Assembly: GCA_964490075.1 (NCBI GenBank)
Contig: CAZBBK010000018.1
Location: forward strand, 1 to 64,000
Source: an uncultured Gemmatimonadota bacterium
GTDB lineage: Bacteria; GCA-2686955
Length of the DNA: 64,000 nucleotides
Reading direction: 5' to 3'
Made by a program: the position numbers and the translations under genes
Notes under the pieces: model-generated
Databases searched by the model: none
Told to the model about the DNA's origin: nothing
What the model saw: the letters and a program-made list of their open reading frames with translations, nothing else
In this document: positions 19,806-30,689 of the stretch, piece after piece
Layout of the letters: each line of letters opens with the position of its first letter
How positions within the stretch are numbered: the first letter of the stretch is position 1

Positions 19806-19981
19806 GGAGCAACGCTACAGGGCAGGGCACGGGCACGATTGAAGACTTCCGGGCGCTCTCCGCGCAGAGAGGCGCCCTATCGAATCCCCTGACCGCTCCC
19901 CAGCCGGCGGCTGCGCGCAATCTGCTAATCTCCGCGGTTTCCGCCGATCGCCCCCCGACCACTCGACCGCCCGGAACCCGC

Positions 19982-20959
19982 ATGACCTACGCCCTCGCCC
20001 TCGACTCCCGATCGATCGCGCTGGATCTGCACCGCCTCTTGGAGGAAACCGACCCGAGCCGCTGGCGGGCCGAACTGGCCGTCGCCTTTCGCGCCCGGCT
20101 CGAGGAGGTGGAGGAACGGGTCGCGGCGCTGCTGGAGCGGTCCGAGAGCCACCCGCATTCGGAGCTGGCCGGGCGGCTCAGCGAACTGCTCGAGGTGTTG
20201 CGCGCGCACACGCCGATGCTGCCGACCGGTATTCACGTGGCCGAGCTGGGCGCCGACTGGATGGCCTTTCGCTCGCGCCTGCTCGACGCCTACGAGGGCC
20301 TCTCCTTCGATCTAGAGCCCTGGTCGATCCACGTTCCGAGCCTGCGCCCGACCAACTACGCGCGCAATCTCTATCATCTGGCCAACGGGATCACGGCGCT
20401 GGTCTTCATCGAGCTGGTGCTGCCGCCCACGGGCCTGATCGTGGTGGCGGCTCTGCTGGCGGCTCTGGCCTGGACACTGGAGCTGGGGCGGCGCCGGAGC
20501 CGGCCACTGCAGCGGGTGTTGATGACGCTCTTCGGGCGAGTCATCCACCCCCACGAGCGGCTGCGCGTCAACTCCGCCACCTGGTACGCCACCGCGCTTC
20601 TGGTGCTGGCGCTGTCGAGCCCTCCGGCGGTCTGCGCGGTGGCGGTTTCGATCCTCGCCCTGGCCGATCCCGCGGCGGCGATCGTCGGGCGGCGCTGGGG
20701 TCGTATCAGGCTGATCAACGGGCGATCGCTCGAAGGGAGCGCCACCTTCTTTGCGGTCGGATCGCTGGCGGCGTTGGCGGTGCTGTCGGTGTTCCACGGG
20801 GAGCTCGGCGTGGAAACGGCCCTTCTGGTCGCCGCCGCCGCGTCGGCCCCGGCCACCGTCGCCGAACTGGTGAGCAAGCGGATCGACGACAACCTGACGA
20901 TTCCGCTCTCGGCCGCCGCCGGGGCGACGCTGGCGTTGAGCCTGTTCGGGAGGATCTGA
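19982..20959 (+). CDS. Diacylglycerol/polyprenol (phytol/dolichol) kinase-family membrane protein with helical N-terminal extension
   Basis: ARNLYH, HPHE...NSATWY, LALADPAAAIVGRRWG, RSLEGS, DDNLTIP. Confidence 0.85.
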   Translation: MTYALALDSRSIALDLHRLLEETDPSRWRAELAVAFRARLEEVEERVAALLERSESHPHSELAGRLSELLEVLRAHTPMLPTGIHVAELGADWMAFRSRLLDAYEGLSFDLEPWSIHVPSLRPTNYARNLYHLANGITALVFIELVLPPTGLIVVAALLAALAWTLELGRRRSRPLQRVLMTLFGRVIHPHERLRVNSATWYATALLVLALSSPPAVCAVAVSILALADPAAAIVGRRWGRIRLINGRSLEGSATFFAVGSLAALAVLSVFHGELGVETALLVAAAASAPATVAELVSKRIDDNLTIPLSAAAGATLALSLFGRI

Positions 20960-20984
20960 GTCCCGGCGGCGGCACAGGCACGGG

Positions 20985-21004
20985 ATTCCGGCTTTCGCCG
21001 GAAT
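20985..21004. repeat. REP-like palindrome ATTCCGGC-TTTC-GCCGGAAT
   Basis: Perfect 8-bp stem with a GAAA/TTTC loop in an intergenic region; minus strand reads GTCATTCCGGCGAAAGCCGGAATCC. Confidence 0.55.
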
Positions 21005-21032
21005 GACGAGACGGGGGATGTAGACTCCCCGG

Positions 21033-22766
21033 GTGCCAAGCAGCCCCCACCCCACCGACCCCTCCCCGCCACGCCCGCGCCCGCCCCTGAGCCGCGCCGA
21101 GCGGCTCTCCCTCGCCCTCACCCTCCTGCTCTACGCCGCCCTCGCCGCCCACCTGATCACCCTGCCGGGCCTGCACTCCGACGAAGCGCTGCAGGCCGGC
21201 AACGCGGTCGAGATCGTCGAAGGCAGCTTCCTGCCCCTGCACGACACCGTCACCGCCTTCTCTTTCCAGGTCTGGGGCCGGACCTTCCCGATGATGACCA
21301 TCTTCTACATCGGGACCATCAAGACCTACCTCTTCGTCCCTTTCATGCTCCTGCTCGGCCCCACCCTGACCGCGATCCGTGTCACCACCATCGCCCTGGG
21401 TTGCGTCGCGCTGATTTGCACCTTCGGCTTCGCGCGCGCCGCCGCCGGCCGCGCGGCCGCCTGGATCGCCCTCGTCCTGCTGGCCGCCGACCCCGCCTTC
21501 ATCACCTACACCCGCGAAGATCACGGCCCGGTGGCGGTGATGATGGCGGTGAAGATGGCCGCACTCTGGGCCATCGCCCTGTGGTGGCGCGATCGCCGCT
21601 CCTCGCGCCTGGTCTGGGCCGCCCTCCTCCTCGGCATCGGCCTCTCCGACAAGGCCAACTTCATCTGGATGGTCGCCGCCGCGCCCCTCGCCCTCTTCCT
21701 GGCCGAGCCGCGCACCCTGCTGCGCCACCTCCCTCCTCCGCGCCGCCTGGCCCTGATCGGCGCCGCCGCCCTCGCCGCCTTCTCGCTCGGCGCCTACCAG
21801 TTCCTGCTCTTCAACCTGACCCGCGAGGCCGAGTCGCTGCAGCCCTTCTTCGACGCCCTCGGCTCCGGCGGCGGCGGCGCCGCCTGGCTCCCTCTCGACC
21901 GCGCCATCGCCCGCGCCGCGGTGCACGTCGAGCTGCTCTCGGGAATCACGCACCCGAAGTGGATCCTCGACGAGCTGGTGCCCTGGCGCGGCACCGTCCT
22001 GCCCTGGCTGACCCTGCCGGCGCTGCTTTACGGCGCGCTGCTCGCTCCATGGACCGGCCCCGCCCCCCGCCGCCGCTTCCACCGCTTCATCCTCGTCCTC
22101 TACCTCCTCCTCTTCCTGCAGATCGTGCTCACCCCCCAGGCCTACGAAGGCCACCACAGCATGATCCTCTACCCCTTGCCCCATCTCCTCATCGCCGCCG
22201 CCTGCGCCGCCCTCCTGGCCGGCGGCCGCGGTCCCTTGCGCGAGCTGCGCCTCGCCGCCGTGGCGACCGCCCTGGCGCTGCAGCTCTGGAGCTCCGGGCG
22301 CCTGATGCAGCGTTTCTGGCACGACCTCGAGCGCACCGGCGGCCGCCTGCTCTGGTCCGACGCCACCAGCCGCCTGGCCGAATGGGCCGCCACAGCCGAG
22401 GAATGCTCCATCGTCTGCATCGCCGGAGGGATCCAGAACGCCCTCGGCGTCAACACTCGCGGCCGGGTGCCGATCCGCAGCGTGCTGGCCCGCGACGACA
22501 TGAGCGCGATCGAGGAGCGAGCCTTCCACGACAACATCGAGCACGCCCTGGCCCATCCCGACGAGGTCTTCGTCGCCTTCGCCGAGGAAAACCGCTTCGA
22601 CCACTTCGCCTTCGGCCGCGTCGAGGAGCTGCTCGAGCTCGAGGGCTACCGCCTGGAGGAGATCGCCGCCTTCCCGCACCGCGACGGCCGGCCGGCCCTC
22701 AGCGTGCTCGAGGCGCGGCCGATCGAAACGCCCCTCAATCGAGCAGCGAGGGCGGCGGCCAGGTGA
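21033..22766 (+). CDS. GT-C fold (ArnT/PMT, GT39-like) membrane glycosyltransferase
   Basis: First TM followed by a PGLHSDEA loop, about 10 further TMs, DKANF motif, soluble C-terminal domain. Confidence 0.75.
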   Translation: MPSSPHPTDPSPPRPRPPLSRAERLSLALTLLLYAALAAHLITLPGLHSDEALQAGNAVEIVEGSFLPLHDTVTAFSFQVWGRTFPMMTIFYIGTIKTYLFVPFMLLLGPTLTAIRVTTIALGCVALICTFGFARAAAGRAAAWIALVLLAADPAFITYTREDHGPVAVMMAVKMAALWAIALWWRDRRSSRLVWAALLLGIGLSDKANFIWMVAAAPLALFLAEPRTLLRHLPPPRRLALIGAAALAAFSLGAYQFLLFNLTREAESLQPFFDALGSGGGGAAWLPLDRAIARAAVHVELLSGITHPKWILDELVPWRGTVLPWLTLPALLYGALLAPWTGPAPRRRFHRFILVLYLLLFLQIVLTPQAYEGHHSMILYPLPHLLIAAACAALLAGGRGPLRELRLAAVATALALQLWSSGRLMQRFWHDLERTGGRLLWSDATSRLAEWAATAEECSIVCIAGGIQNALGVNTRGRVPIRSVLARDDMSAIEERAFHDNIEHALAHPDEVFVAFAEENRFDHFAFGRVEELLELEGYRLEEIAAFPHRDGRPALSVLEARPIETPLNRAARAAAR

Positions 22767-23476
22767 AGTCGGGCTCGAAGACCCGCATCGCCGCCAGCGC
22801 CTGGTCGACCGCCTCGCGCGTTCCCAGTCCCCCCTGCCAGTCGTTCCAGGCGTCGAGCAGCCCATCCAGCGCCCGCCGCCGCCCGCTCTCCACGAAGCCC
22901 TCGTCCGCGTCCCGCTCCAGGTGGTAGAGCGACCCCCGCGAGAGCCGCGTGCGCAGATCGAAGTAGTCGGCGCGCAGGTGATCGAGCAGCCCCAAGTAGC
23001 CCTCGAAGCGCTCCGCCAGCTTCTCCAGCACCTCGACCCGCGCGGTGGTCTGGCGGTCGATCCGCTTGCGGCACGACGCCGCCTGCGTGTAGTAGATCCG
23101 TCCCCGTCCCACGTAGTCGTCGCGCGTCACCACGCCACGCTGCGCCACCCGCGGCGTCGGCAGCGCCCGGAAGATCCCCAGCGAGACCAGGATGTTGTCG
23201 GCGTTGGCCTTGAGCACCCGAAAGCTGCGCGCCCCGTCGGCCCCCTCGAGCGCCTCCACGACCTCGAAATCGCAGTCCCGCAGATAGGCCTGGGAGAGCT
23301 CGGCGTGACGCTCCGACGACAGAATCTCGGTCAAGAGCCCCGCCAAATAGACGTGCACGTCGGCGTCGCGCCCCTCCCGAACGCTCCCCCCCCCCGGCCG
23401 AGGCACACGCCTGCACCACCTTGTCCAGCAGGTAGTTGTGCGCTTCGGTCGGGTCGTTCACCGGGAGGATGTCCAT
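22735..23476 (-). pseudogene. Hypothetical protein split by a frameshift at a G10 run (23386-23395)
   Basis: GGAGG plus ATG23476 gives MDILPVNDPTEAHNYLLDKVV..; protein-like sequence continues in the adjacent frame (DADVHVYLAGLL..ADNILVSLGIF..GRIYY). Deleting one G joins the two. Confidence 0.65.
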
Positions 23477-23546
23477 CCGTGCCTCCAATGGGGCCCCTCC
23501 CCATAGAAGATCGGACGATTCCCACCCGGAAGTTGAGCGCCCCCGA

Positions 23547-25037
<1,491 letters not shown>

Positions 25038-25437
25038 CGTAGCCCATGATAGCTTCCGCCCCCCTGCCCCTGTCCATCCCCTGAATGGCGCGAAAGTGAC
25101 GGAATATGGACGTTTTTTTGGGGAAGGGGGGGGGAAGAGGGAACGCACGCCGCCACGTCGAGGTGCAGCGCCTTGCGTGGAGACCGCGGCCCGGCTCTCC
25201 GGGCCAACCATCATCGGCCGATGCCGGGCCGACGGGACATCAGTATTCCGTGAAGTCCCCGCGGCCGCCCGACTGCTGCCCTGTTGCTCACTCACGACCA
25301 AGATCCCGGTGGAAGAGTTCGCGCAAAGGCGCCAAGACGCAAGCGGCCACCCCACCCTGGCCCCGCCTCCGCCGCGACGCTACCCTGCCTCCGACTACTC
25401 TCCCCCGCCTTCCCTCGTCCCCAACCCCGAGCCCGCC

Positions 25438-26043
25438 ATGACCGATCGCCCGCGCTGCCCCTGGCCGGGCGGCGATCCCCTCTACGTCGACTACCACGAT
25501 CGCGAATGGGGCGTACCGATCCGCGACGGCCGCGCCCTCTTCGGCAAGCTGGTGCTCGACGGCTTCCAGGCCGGGCTGGCCTGGATCACCGTGCTGCGCA
25601 AGCGCGAGCACTTCCTGCGTGCCTTCGAGGGCTTCGATCCGGAGCGCGTCGCGGCCTTCGATACGCGGCGCATCGAGACGCTCGCCGCCGACCCGGGCAT
25701 CATCCGCAGCCGCGCCAAGATCGGCGCCGCGGTCGGCAACGCGCGTGCCTGGATCGCCCTGCGCGACGCGGGCGTCGACTTCGCGGAGCTGCTCTGGTCG
25801 TTCGTGGGCGGCGCGCCGCGCGTCAACCAGTGGACCGAGATGGCCCAGATCCCGGCCGCCACACCGGCCTCCGAGGCGATGGCGAAGGAGCTCAAGGCGC
25901 GCGGCTTCAAGTTCGTGGGACCGACCATCTGCTACGCCTTCATGCAGGCGGCCGGCCTGGTCAACGACCACCTCATCACCTGCTTCCGCCACCGGGAGCT
26001 GCTCGAGCCGCGCCCGCGGAACCGGGCCGGGAGGGCGCGATGA
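25438..26043 (+). CDS. tag: DNA-3-methyladenine glycosylase I
   Basis: RCPW..YHDREWG..FQAGLAW.TVL.KRE..IIRSRAKI..GFKFVGPTICYAFMQA.G.VNDH..C. Confidence 0.95.
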   Translation: MTDRPRCPWPGGDPLYVDYHDREWGVPIRDGRALFGKLVLDGFQAGLAWITVLRKREHFLRAFEGFDPERVAAFDTRRIETLAADPGIIRSRAKIGAAVGNARAWIALRDAGVDFAELLWSFVGGAPRVNQWTEMAQIPAATPASEAMAKELKARGFKFVGPTICYAFMQAAGLVNDHLITCFRHRELLEPRPRNRAGRAR

Positions 26044-27101
26044 GCACCGAAGAGAGCCCGCGGCCCGCACGTCGCTCGACCGGCGCCCGGGCGCTGATGG
26101 GTCTCGGGATCGGCTGTGGCGGGCTGCTGCTGGTGGGGGTGCTGACGCTGGCGGGGGCAGCCTACTGGGCCTTCGCCCCGGGCCACCAGGCGCCGAGCGC
26201 GCGCATCGTCGGGCCGCGTTCGGCCGGCTACGCGCACCTCGCCGACTTGCGCGACGACCCCGGCGCCCAGGCGCTCTGCGGCCGCATCCTGCGCGAGGCG
26301 ACCCGGGTGTCGAGCGCCACACCCGCCGCGGAGGAGCCGGGGCCGGGTTTCGACTGGCCCGCGCTCCTGCGCCGCGCCGCCGTAGAGGAGCGCGAGCTGC
26401 TCGAGATCCTGCTGCCCTACGACGCCACCCTCTCCTTCGAGCCGGATCCGGGCGCCGGGCCGCGGCAGCTGGCGGCGCTCAACTTCCGCCGCTTCGTGCG
26501 GCCCGCCGCGGCGCTGATCGAGCACTCCGCGGCCGCGCATCCCGAGATCGAGCACCGGCCCGAGGCGGTCCCCGGCGGGGCCTTTCTCTTCTCGGAGTCG
26601 GGCTGGCTGGTGGCCCGCGACCGAGGCACCCTGGTGGCGGCGAGCGCGGGTTCGGAGCTGGGCGCGGCCCTGGAGCTCCTGGAGGGCGAGGGTCCGGATG
26701 CGCGGACCGAGGCCCGCATCGAGGCGGGGCGGAGCGACTGGCATCTGCACGGACAGCTGGCGCCGGAGCTGCTGCCGCGCGGCGGCCTGGCCGGCAAGCT
26801 GCTCGGCGCGAAGCTGATCGAAGAGATCGTCTTCGGTCTCTCGATCCGCTCCGAGGATCGGCTCCAGGGGCGGGTCACGATCGACGCCGGGGGCCCCGAA
26901 GGCGCCGCCGCGCTGCGCCCGGCGCTGGGCCTGATGCTGATGATGGCCGAGGGCCAGGCGAGCCTCTCGGGGATGGCCCTGGAGCAGGAGCTCTCGGTGC
27001 GGGACCAGCGCGTCGTGATCGATCTCGATCTGAGCGGACTGGACCGCTTCATCGCCGCGCAGGGGGATTCGCTGATCGCGCGCCGGGCGCGACAGAGGTA
27101 G
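26040..27101 (+). CDS. Hypothetical protein with a single N-terminal membrane anchor
   Basis: ATG overlaps the tag stop; hydrophobic LMGLGIGCGGLLLVGVLTLAGAAYW; GC3-consistent frame. Confidence 0.65.
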   Translation: MSTEESPRPARRSTGARALMGLGIGCGGLLLVGVLTLAGAAYWAFAPGHQAPSARIVGPRSAGYAHLADLRDDPGAQALCGRILREATRVSSATPAAEEPGPGFDWPALLRRAAVEERELLEILLPYDATLSFEPDPGAGPRQLAALNFRRFVRPAAALIEHSAAAHPEIEHRPEAVPGGAFLFSESGWLVARDRGTLVAASAGSELGAALELLEGEGPDARTEARIEAGRSDWHLHGQLAPELLPRGGLAGKLLGAKLIEEIVFGLSIRSEDRLQGRVTIDAGGPEGAAALRPALGLMLMMAEGQASLSGMALEQELSVRDQRVVIDLDLSGLDRFIAAQGDSLIARRARQR

Positions 27102-27223
27102 AGGCTCCAGACCCGCCGGACGCTCTCCAAACCTCTGTTATCCTGTGCCTATCTCGGCCGGTGCGGGGACCAAGCCGGCCCGGGAGCGGGGGCGTTCGAT
27201 CCAGTGCGGAGAGCAGCAGCGAC

Positions 27224-30200
27224 ATGTGCACGAGCAAGCGACAACTGATCACCATTCGCGGCGTCGGCGTCGCGCTCACCTTGACGGCATCGATCAGCGC
27301 ACCCGCGCATGCGGCCACCCCGCCGATCCCCGACACCGACCAGGCCATCGTCACCACCGCGCGGATCGACGGCGGCATCGACCTGCCCCTGGTCGAGCTG
27401 ACGCGAATCGCCCGTGAGCGGGGCACCGTGGAGCGGCTGGTCTTCGATCCCGAGGTCGGACCGCACGTGGGTCTCACGCGCACCATTCTGCACGCCGGCG
27501 AGCCCGAGCATCGCTACCCCGGCTTCTGGACCGAGCTGCGACCCTTCCTGGAGGAATCGCTGAAAAACGGCGCCGCCACCCTGGCCCCCGGCGGGCTCCG
27601 GGCGCGCATGGAGGCGACCGAGACCACGCCGGCCCTCGACTGGACCCTGCCGCGCCAGGGCGAGCCGCTGCGCGCCCGGCTGATGCGCGACGAGCAGACC
27701 ATCGCCGCCGACGCGACCGTGTTCGAGGGGCGCTCCGCCGACGGCGCCTTGTGGCCGATCCTGGTGCGGGTCGACGCCCCTGGCCGCGGCGGCTCCCTGG
27801 TACAGATCCTCGACTACGAGGGCGCCGAGCCGGCACGCCTCGATCCCGGCCCCTACGGCTGCCCGATCCGGCGCCGCACCGTGATCGGCGAGGGTGCCCT
27901 CCCCATGGGCACCGAGAGCCTGGACGGCCCGATCGACTACGCCGCCGACGAGATCGACTTCCACTACTCCCTGACCGGCCTCTCCTTCCATTACGACTCG
28001 GGCTGGCAGCCGCCGGGCAACTCCGAGCCGGGCGGCTGGCCGATGCAGCTCCAGATGGTCTTCGGCGCCGGCTTCGACATCTCCTCCAACGTCTCCGGCG
28101 AGCTGCAGCTCGACCGTGACCGGCTCATGCTGGGCGACGCCTCGGGCGACCTCTTGATCGACTTCGGCGCCGAGATGTGGATGAAGGGCGCCTTCGACTT
28201 CTACATCATCGATCCGATCGTGGTCTCTCTGCCCTACGTGCCCTACTACGATCTGCGCGTCTACGACACCGAGGAGTTCGACTCCTTCCTGCTCGGGTCG
28301 GCGATCGACGTCTCCGACGCCGCCTACGGCACCCTGCTCTCGATTCCGATCTTCGGCGTGCCCTGGATCGTCACCGGCGGCGTCTCGGCCAAGGCGGCGG
28401 TGGTGCTCGAGGGCAACATGACCGCCGAGTCGATCGAGACCGAGGACGGGCTCGAGTTCAGCTACGAGGGGCAGTCGCACCTGGTCTACGCACCCGGCGG
28501 CAGCTACCACACGAATGCCGACTACAACGAGTACCTCGAGCTCGGCGTCAAGCTCTGGGTCTTTCCCAAGGGCTGGGTCAAGGTGTTCGGATTCGGTTGG
28601 AACTACGAGCTGCCCCTGGGGGTCGAGTGGGAGGTGTTGACCGGGCAGTACGATATGGACTTCAACTCCTCGCCGGTCGACTTCGAGCTGGTGCCGGGCG
28701 ACCTCTTGTGGAGCTTCCCTGCCGACACTCTCGATGCCACGCGACCGCGCGGCACGGCGGCCCTGGGCGACGTCTACTGGATCACCAGCGGCAGCGGCAT
28801 CGGGGGCGACAACTATCTCTACAAGTTCGACACCACCGGCAATCTATTGCTGCGATTCCCGCAGCCGATCGGCGACGATCCGGAGGGCTGGGGCGACCTG
28901 GCGCAGGACGGCGCCTACCTCTACGGCAGCGCGGGAGAGACGATCGAGCAGATCGACCCCGCCAGCGGCGCACCGACCGGAGTCATCATTCCCGGCCCCT
29001 TCGCCCGCAATCGAGCCCTGGCCTACGATCCCGCCAGCGACCATTTCTGGGTGGCGTCGATTGCGTCGAATCTGGTCGAGATCGACCGCACCGGCACCGA
29101 GATCGCGCGCCATGCCAACAGCATTCCGGCGACCGGCCTGGCCTGGGACAACGCCGTGCCCGACTCGTCGTGGCTGTGGGTCGTGAGCGACGGCGACAGC
29201 CTGATCTACCAGTTCGATCCCCGCAATGGTGTCTATACCGGGCTGGCGCTCGACTGCGGCACGCCGATCACCGGCGCCGGGAGCTACATCCGCGAGACCG
29301 GCGCCTTCCTGGGCGTCGATCTGGCCTGGCCGCAGAGTGTCTTCGGGATGAAGCTGAACGAGGGATTCGTGCCCGACACGGTCTACGTCGGCTTGATCGA
29401 GGCCACCGCCAACCGCTCCTACGCCATGCCGGGCGACCGGATCGGCGTCACCCTGCGCTGGAAGTACGAGAACACCATCGATCGCGAGGCGCCGGCCGAT
29501 GTGGTGATCGATGCACTGCTCGCCAAAAACGTCGCTCCCGGCTACCAGCCGAGCGAGCGCCAGCGTGAGCTGCGAGAAGAGGTGCTGCCCGGGATCTACG
29601 AGAGCCGTTTCGACTTCGAGCTGACCCGCTTCGCGCCCCTCGATTCGAGCGGCGTGACCGGCGGCCGGGTCTTCTTCCCTGGCGAAGGGCAGGCGGCCGA
29701 CACCCTGCTCGGGCCGACCTTCACGGTCGGCATCAATCCCGAGGCCGGCAGCATCTCCGGCAGCTTCATCCACTCCGGCACCGGGCTCGGCGTGGAGCGC
29801 TTGCGCGTGGCGCTCTACCGTTCCGATGGAGAGTTCAGCGGCAACGCCGTGGCCACCGACTCGAGCGGCAGCTTCCTCCTGGAGCACGTCGACCCCGGCA
29901 GCTACTACCTGGAGGCGGTCCATCCCTGGTTCGCCGCCACCCGCGAGCCGGAGATCGGCACCCTGCTGCTGGAGCCGCTCGGCGAAGTGGCGCGTGACTC
30001 GGTCGCCATCGACGAGATCGGCATGGCCTACATCCAGGCGGAGCCGCAGTCGCCTTCACAGTTCCTGGTGTCGTGGTATCCGACCGAGCTGAACGTCAAC
30101 CACTCGATGACCTACCTATCCGACTACCGCTTCGTCGAGGATCTGAAGGACGAGCCTACCGAAGGCTACTTCTTCGCCTTCGAGGACGAGGACTTCGGCT

Positions 30201-30607
30201 GGAGCCCGGGCTACATCGCCCTGAACTTCGACCTGCCCTCCGACGCATCCCTGGAGCACGTCGGGCTGGAGTGGAACGCGATCGCCGAGAAGTATCTCTG
30301 GGACAACGTCTTCGCCTACTACCTGCTGGAAGGGCACACGATCTGGAACGGGCGCGACAAGTACATCTACGACACCGCCTGGATAGACTACGCGCACGTT
30401 GCGCCGGGCTCCTGGCTGCGCCCCGGAAGCCGCAACCACATCCGTTTCGGCGCCACCAACGAGAGCGACTGGTCGGAGCATATCGTCGACACCATGCGCT
30501 GGAACCTCTACGGCTGGCATCCCGACGCTGAGGCGGGCGTGGGCTCGATGCGGATCGGGTGCGAGCAGGACGAGGAGCGAGGGATCGCCCGAACCCCATT
30601 TCCATAG
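27224..30607 (+). CDS. Large secreted multi-domain protein (beta-rich region, beta-propeller, carboxypeptidase-regulatory-like domain)
   Basis: Signal peptide ending AHA; propeller-like LAYDP..HFWV and GLAWD...WLWV; GSISG..TDSSGSF..VDPGSYYL. Start re-assigned to ATG27224. Confidence 0.7.
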   Translation: MCTSKRQLITIRGVGVALTLTASISAPAHAATPPIPDTDQAIVTTARIDGGIDLPLVELTRIARERGTVERLVFDPEVGPHVGLTRTILHAGEPEHRYPGFWTELRPFLEESLKNGAATLAPGGLRARMEATETTPALDWTLPRQGEPLRARLMRDEQTIAADATVFEGRSADGALWPILVRVDAPGRGGSLVQILDYEGAEPARLDPGPYGCPIRRRTVIGEGALPMGTESLDGPIDYAADEIDFHYSLTGLSFHYDSGWQPPGNSEPGGWPMQLQMVFGAGFDISSNVSGELQLDRDRLMLGDASGDLLIDFGAEMWMKGAFDFYIIDPIVVSLPYVPYYDLRVYDTEEFDSFLLGSAIDVSDAAYGTLLSIPIFGVPWIVTGGVSAKAAVVLEGNMTAESIETEDGLEFSYEGQSHLVYAPGGSYHTNADYNEYLELGVKLWVFPKGWVKVFGFGWNYELPLGVEWEVLTGQYDMDFNSSPVDFELVPGDLLWSFPADTLDATRPRGTAALGDVYWITSGSGIGGDNYLYKFDTTGNLLLRFPQPIGDDPEGWGDLAQDGAYLYGSAGETIEQIDPASGAPTGVIIPGPFARNRALAYDPASDHFWVASIASNLVEIDRTGTEIARHANSIPATGLAWDNAVPDSSWLWVVSDGDSLIYQFDPRNGVYTGLALDCGTPITGAGSYIRETGAFLGVDLAWPQSVFGMKLNEGFVPDTVYVGLIEATANRSYAMPGDRIGVTLRWKYENTIDREAPADVVIDALLAKNVAPGYQPSERQRELREEVLPGIYESRFDFELTRFAPLDSSGVTGGRVFFPGEGQAADTLLGPTFTVGINPEAGSISGSFIHSGTGLGVERLRVALYRSDGEFSGNAVATDSSGSFLLEHVDPGSYYLEAVHPWFAATREPEIGTLLLEPLGEVARDSVAIDEIGMAYIQAEPQSPSQFLVSWYPTELNVNHSMTYLSDYRFVEDLKDEPTEGYFFAFEDEDFGWSPGYIALNFDLPSDASLEHVGLEWNAIAEKYLWDNVFAYYLLEGHTIWNGRDKYIYDTAWIDYAHVAPGSWLRPGSRNHIRFGATNESDWSEHIVDTMRWNLYGWHPDAEAGVGSMRIGCEQDEERGIARTPFP

Positions 30608-30689
30608 CCGGCCGATCGGTCACGCGGGGCACCAGATCGCGGGTTAGCTTTCAATCCGTCCCCTCGTTCCAGAAGAAAGGCGCGTCGCC

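Larger units (their letters stand above)
18766..19822 (-). mobile_element. Internally deleted (non-autonomous) IS110-family element with both ends
   Basis: IS110 recombinase remnants; CAGGG shared at both junctions (18766-70, 19818-22). Removing the element rejoins a repeat homologous to 17570-17655. Confidence 0.8.

Noticed and set aside
25100-25145. T7 and G-run low-complexity tract between the DUF362 gene and tag
   Set aside because: Could be a variable promoter tract but is indistinguishable from poor-quality sequence; no supporting motif.
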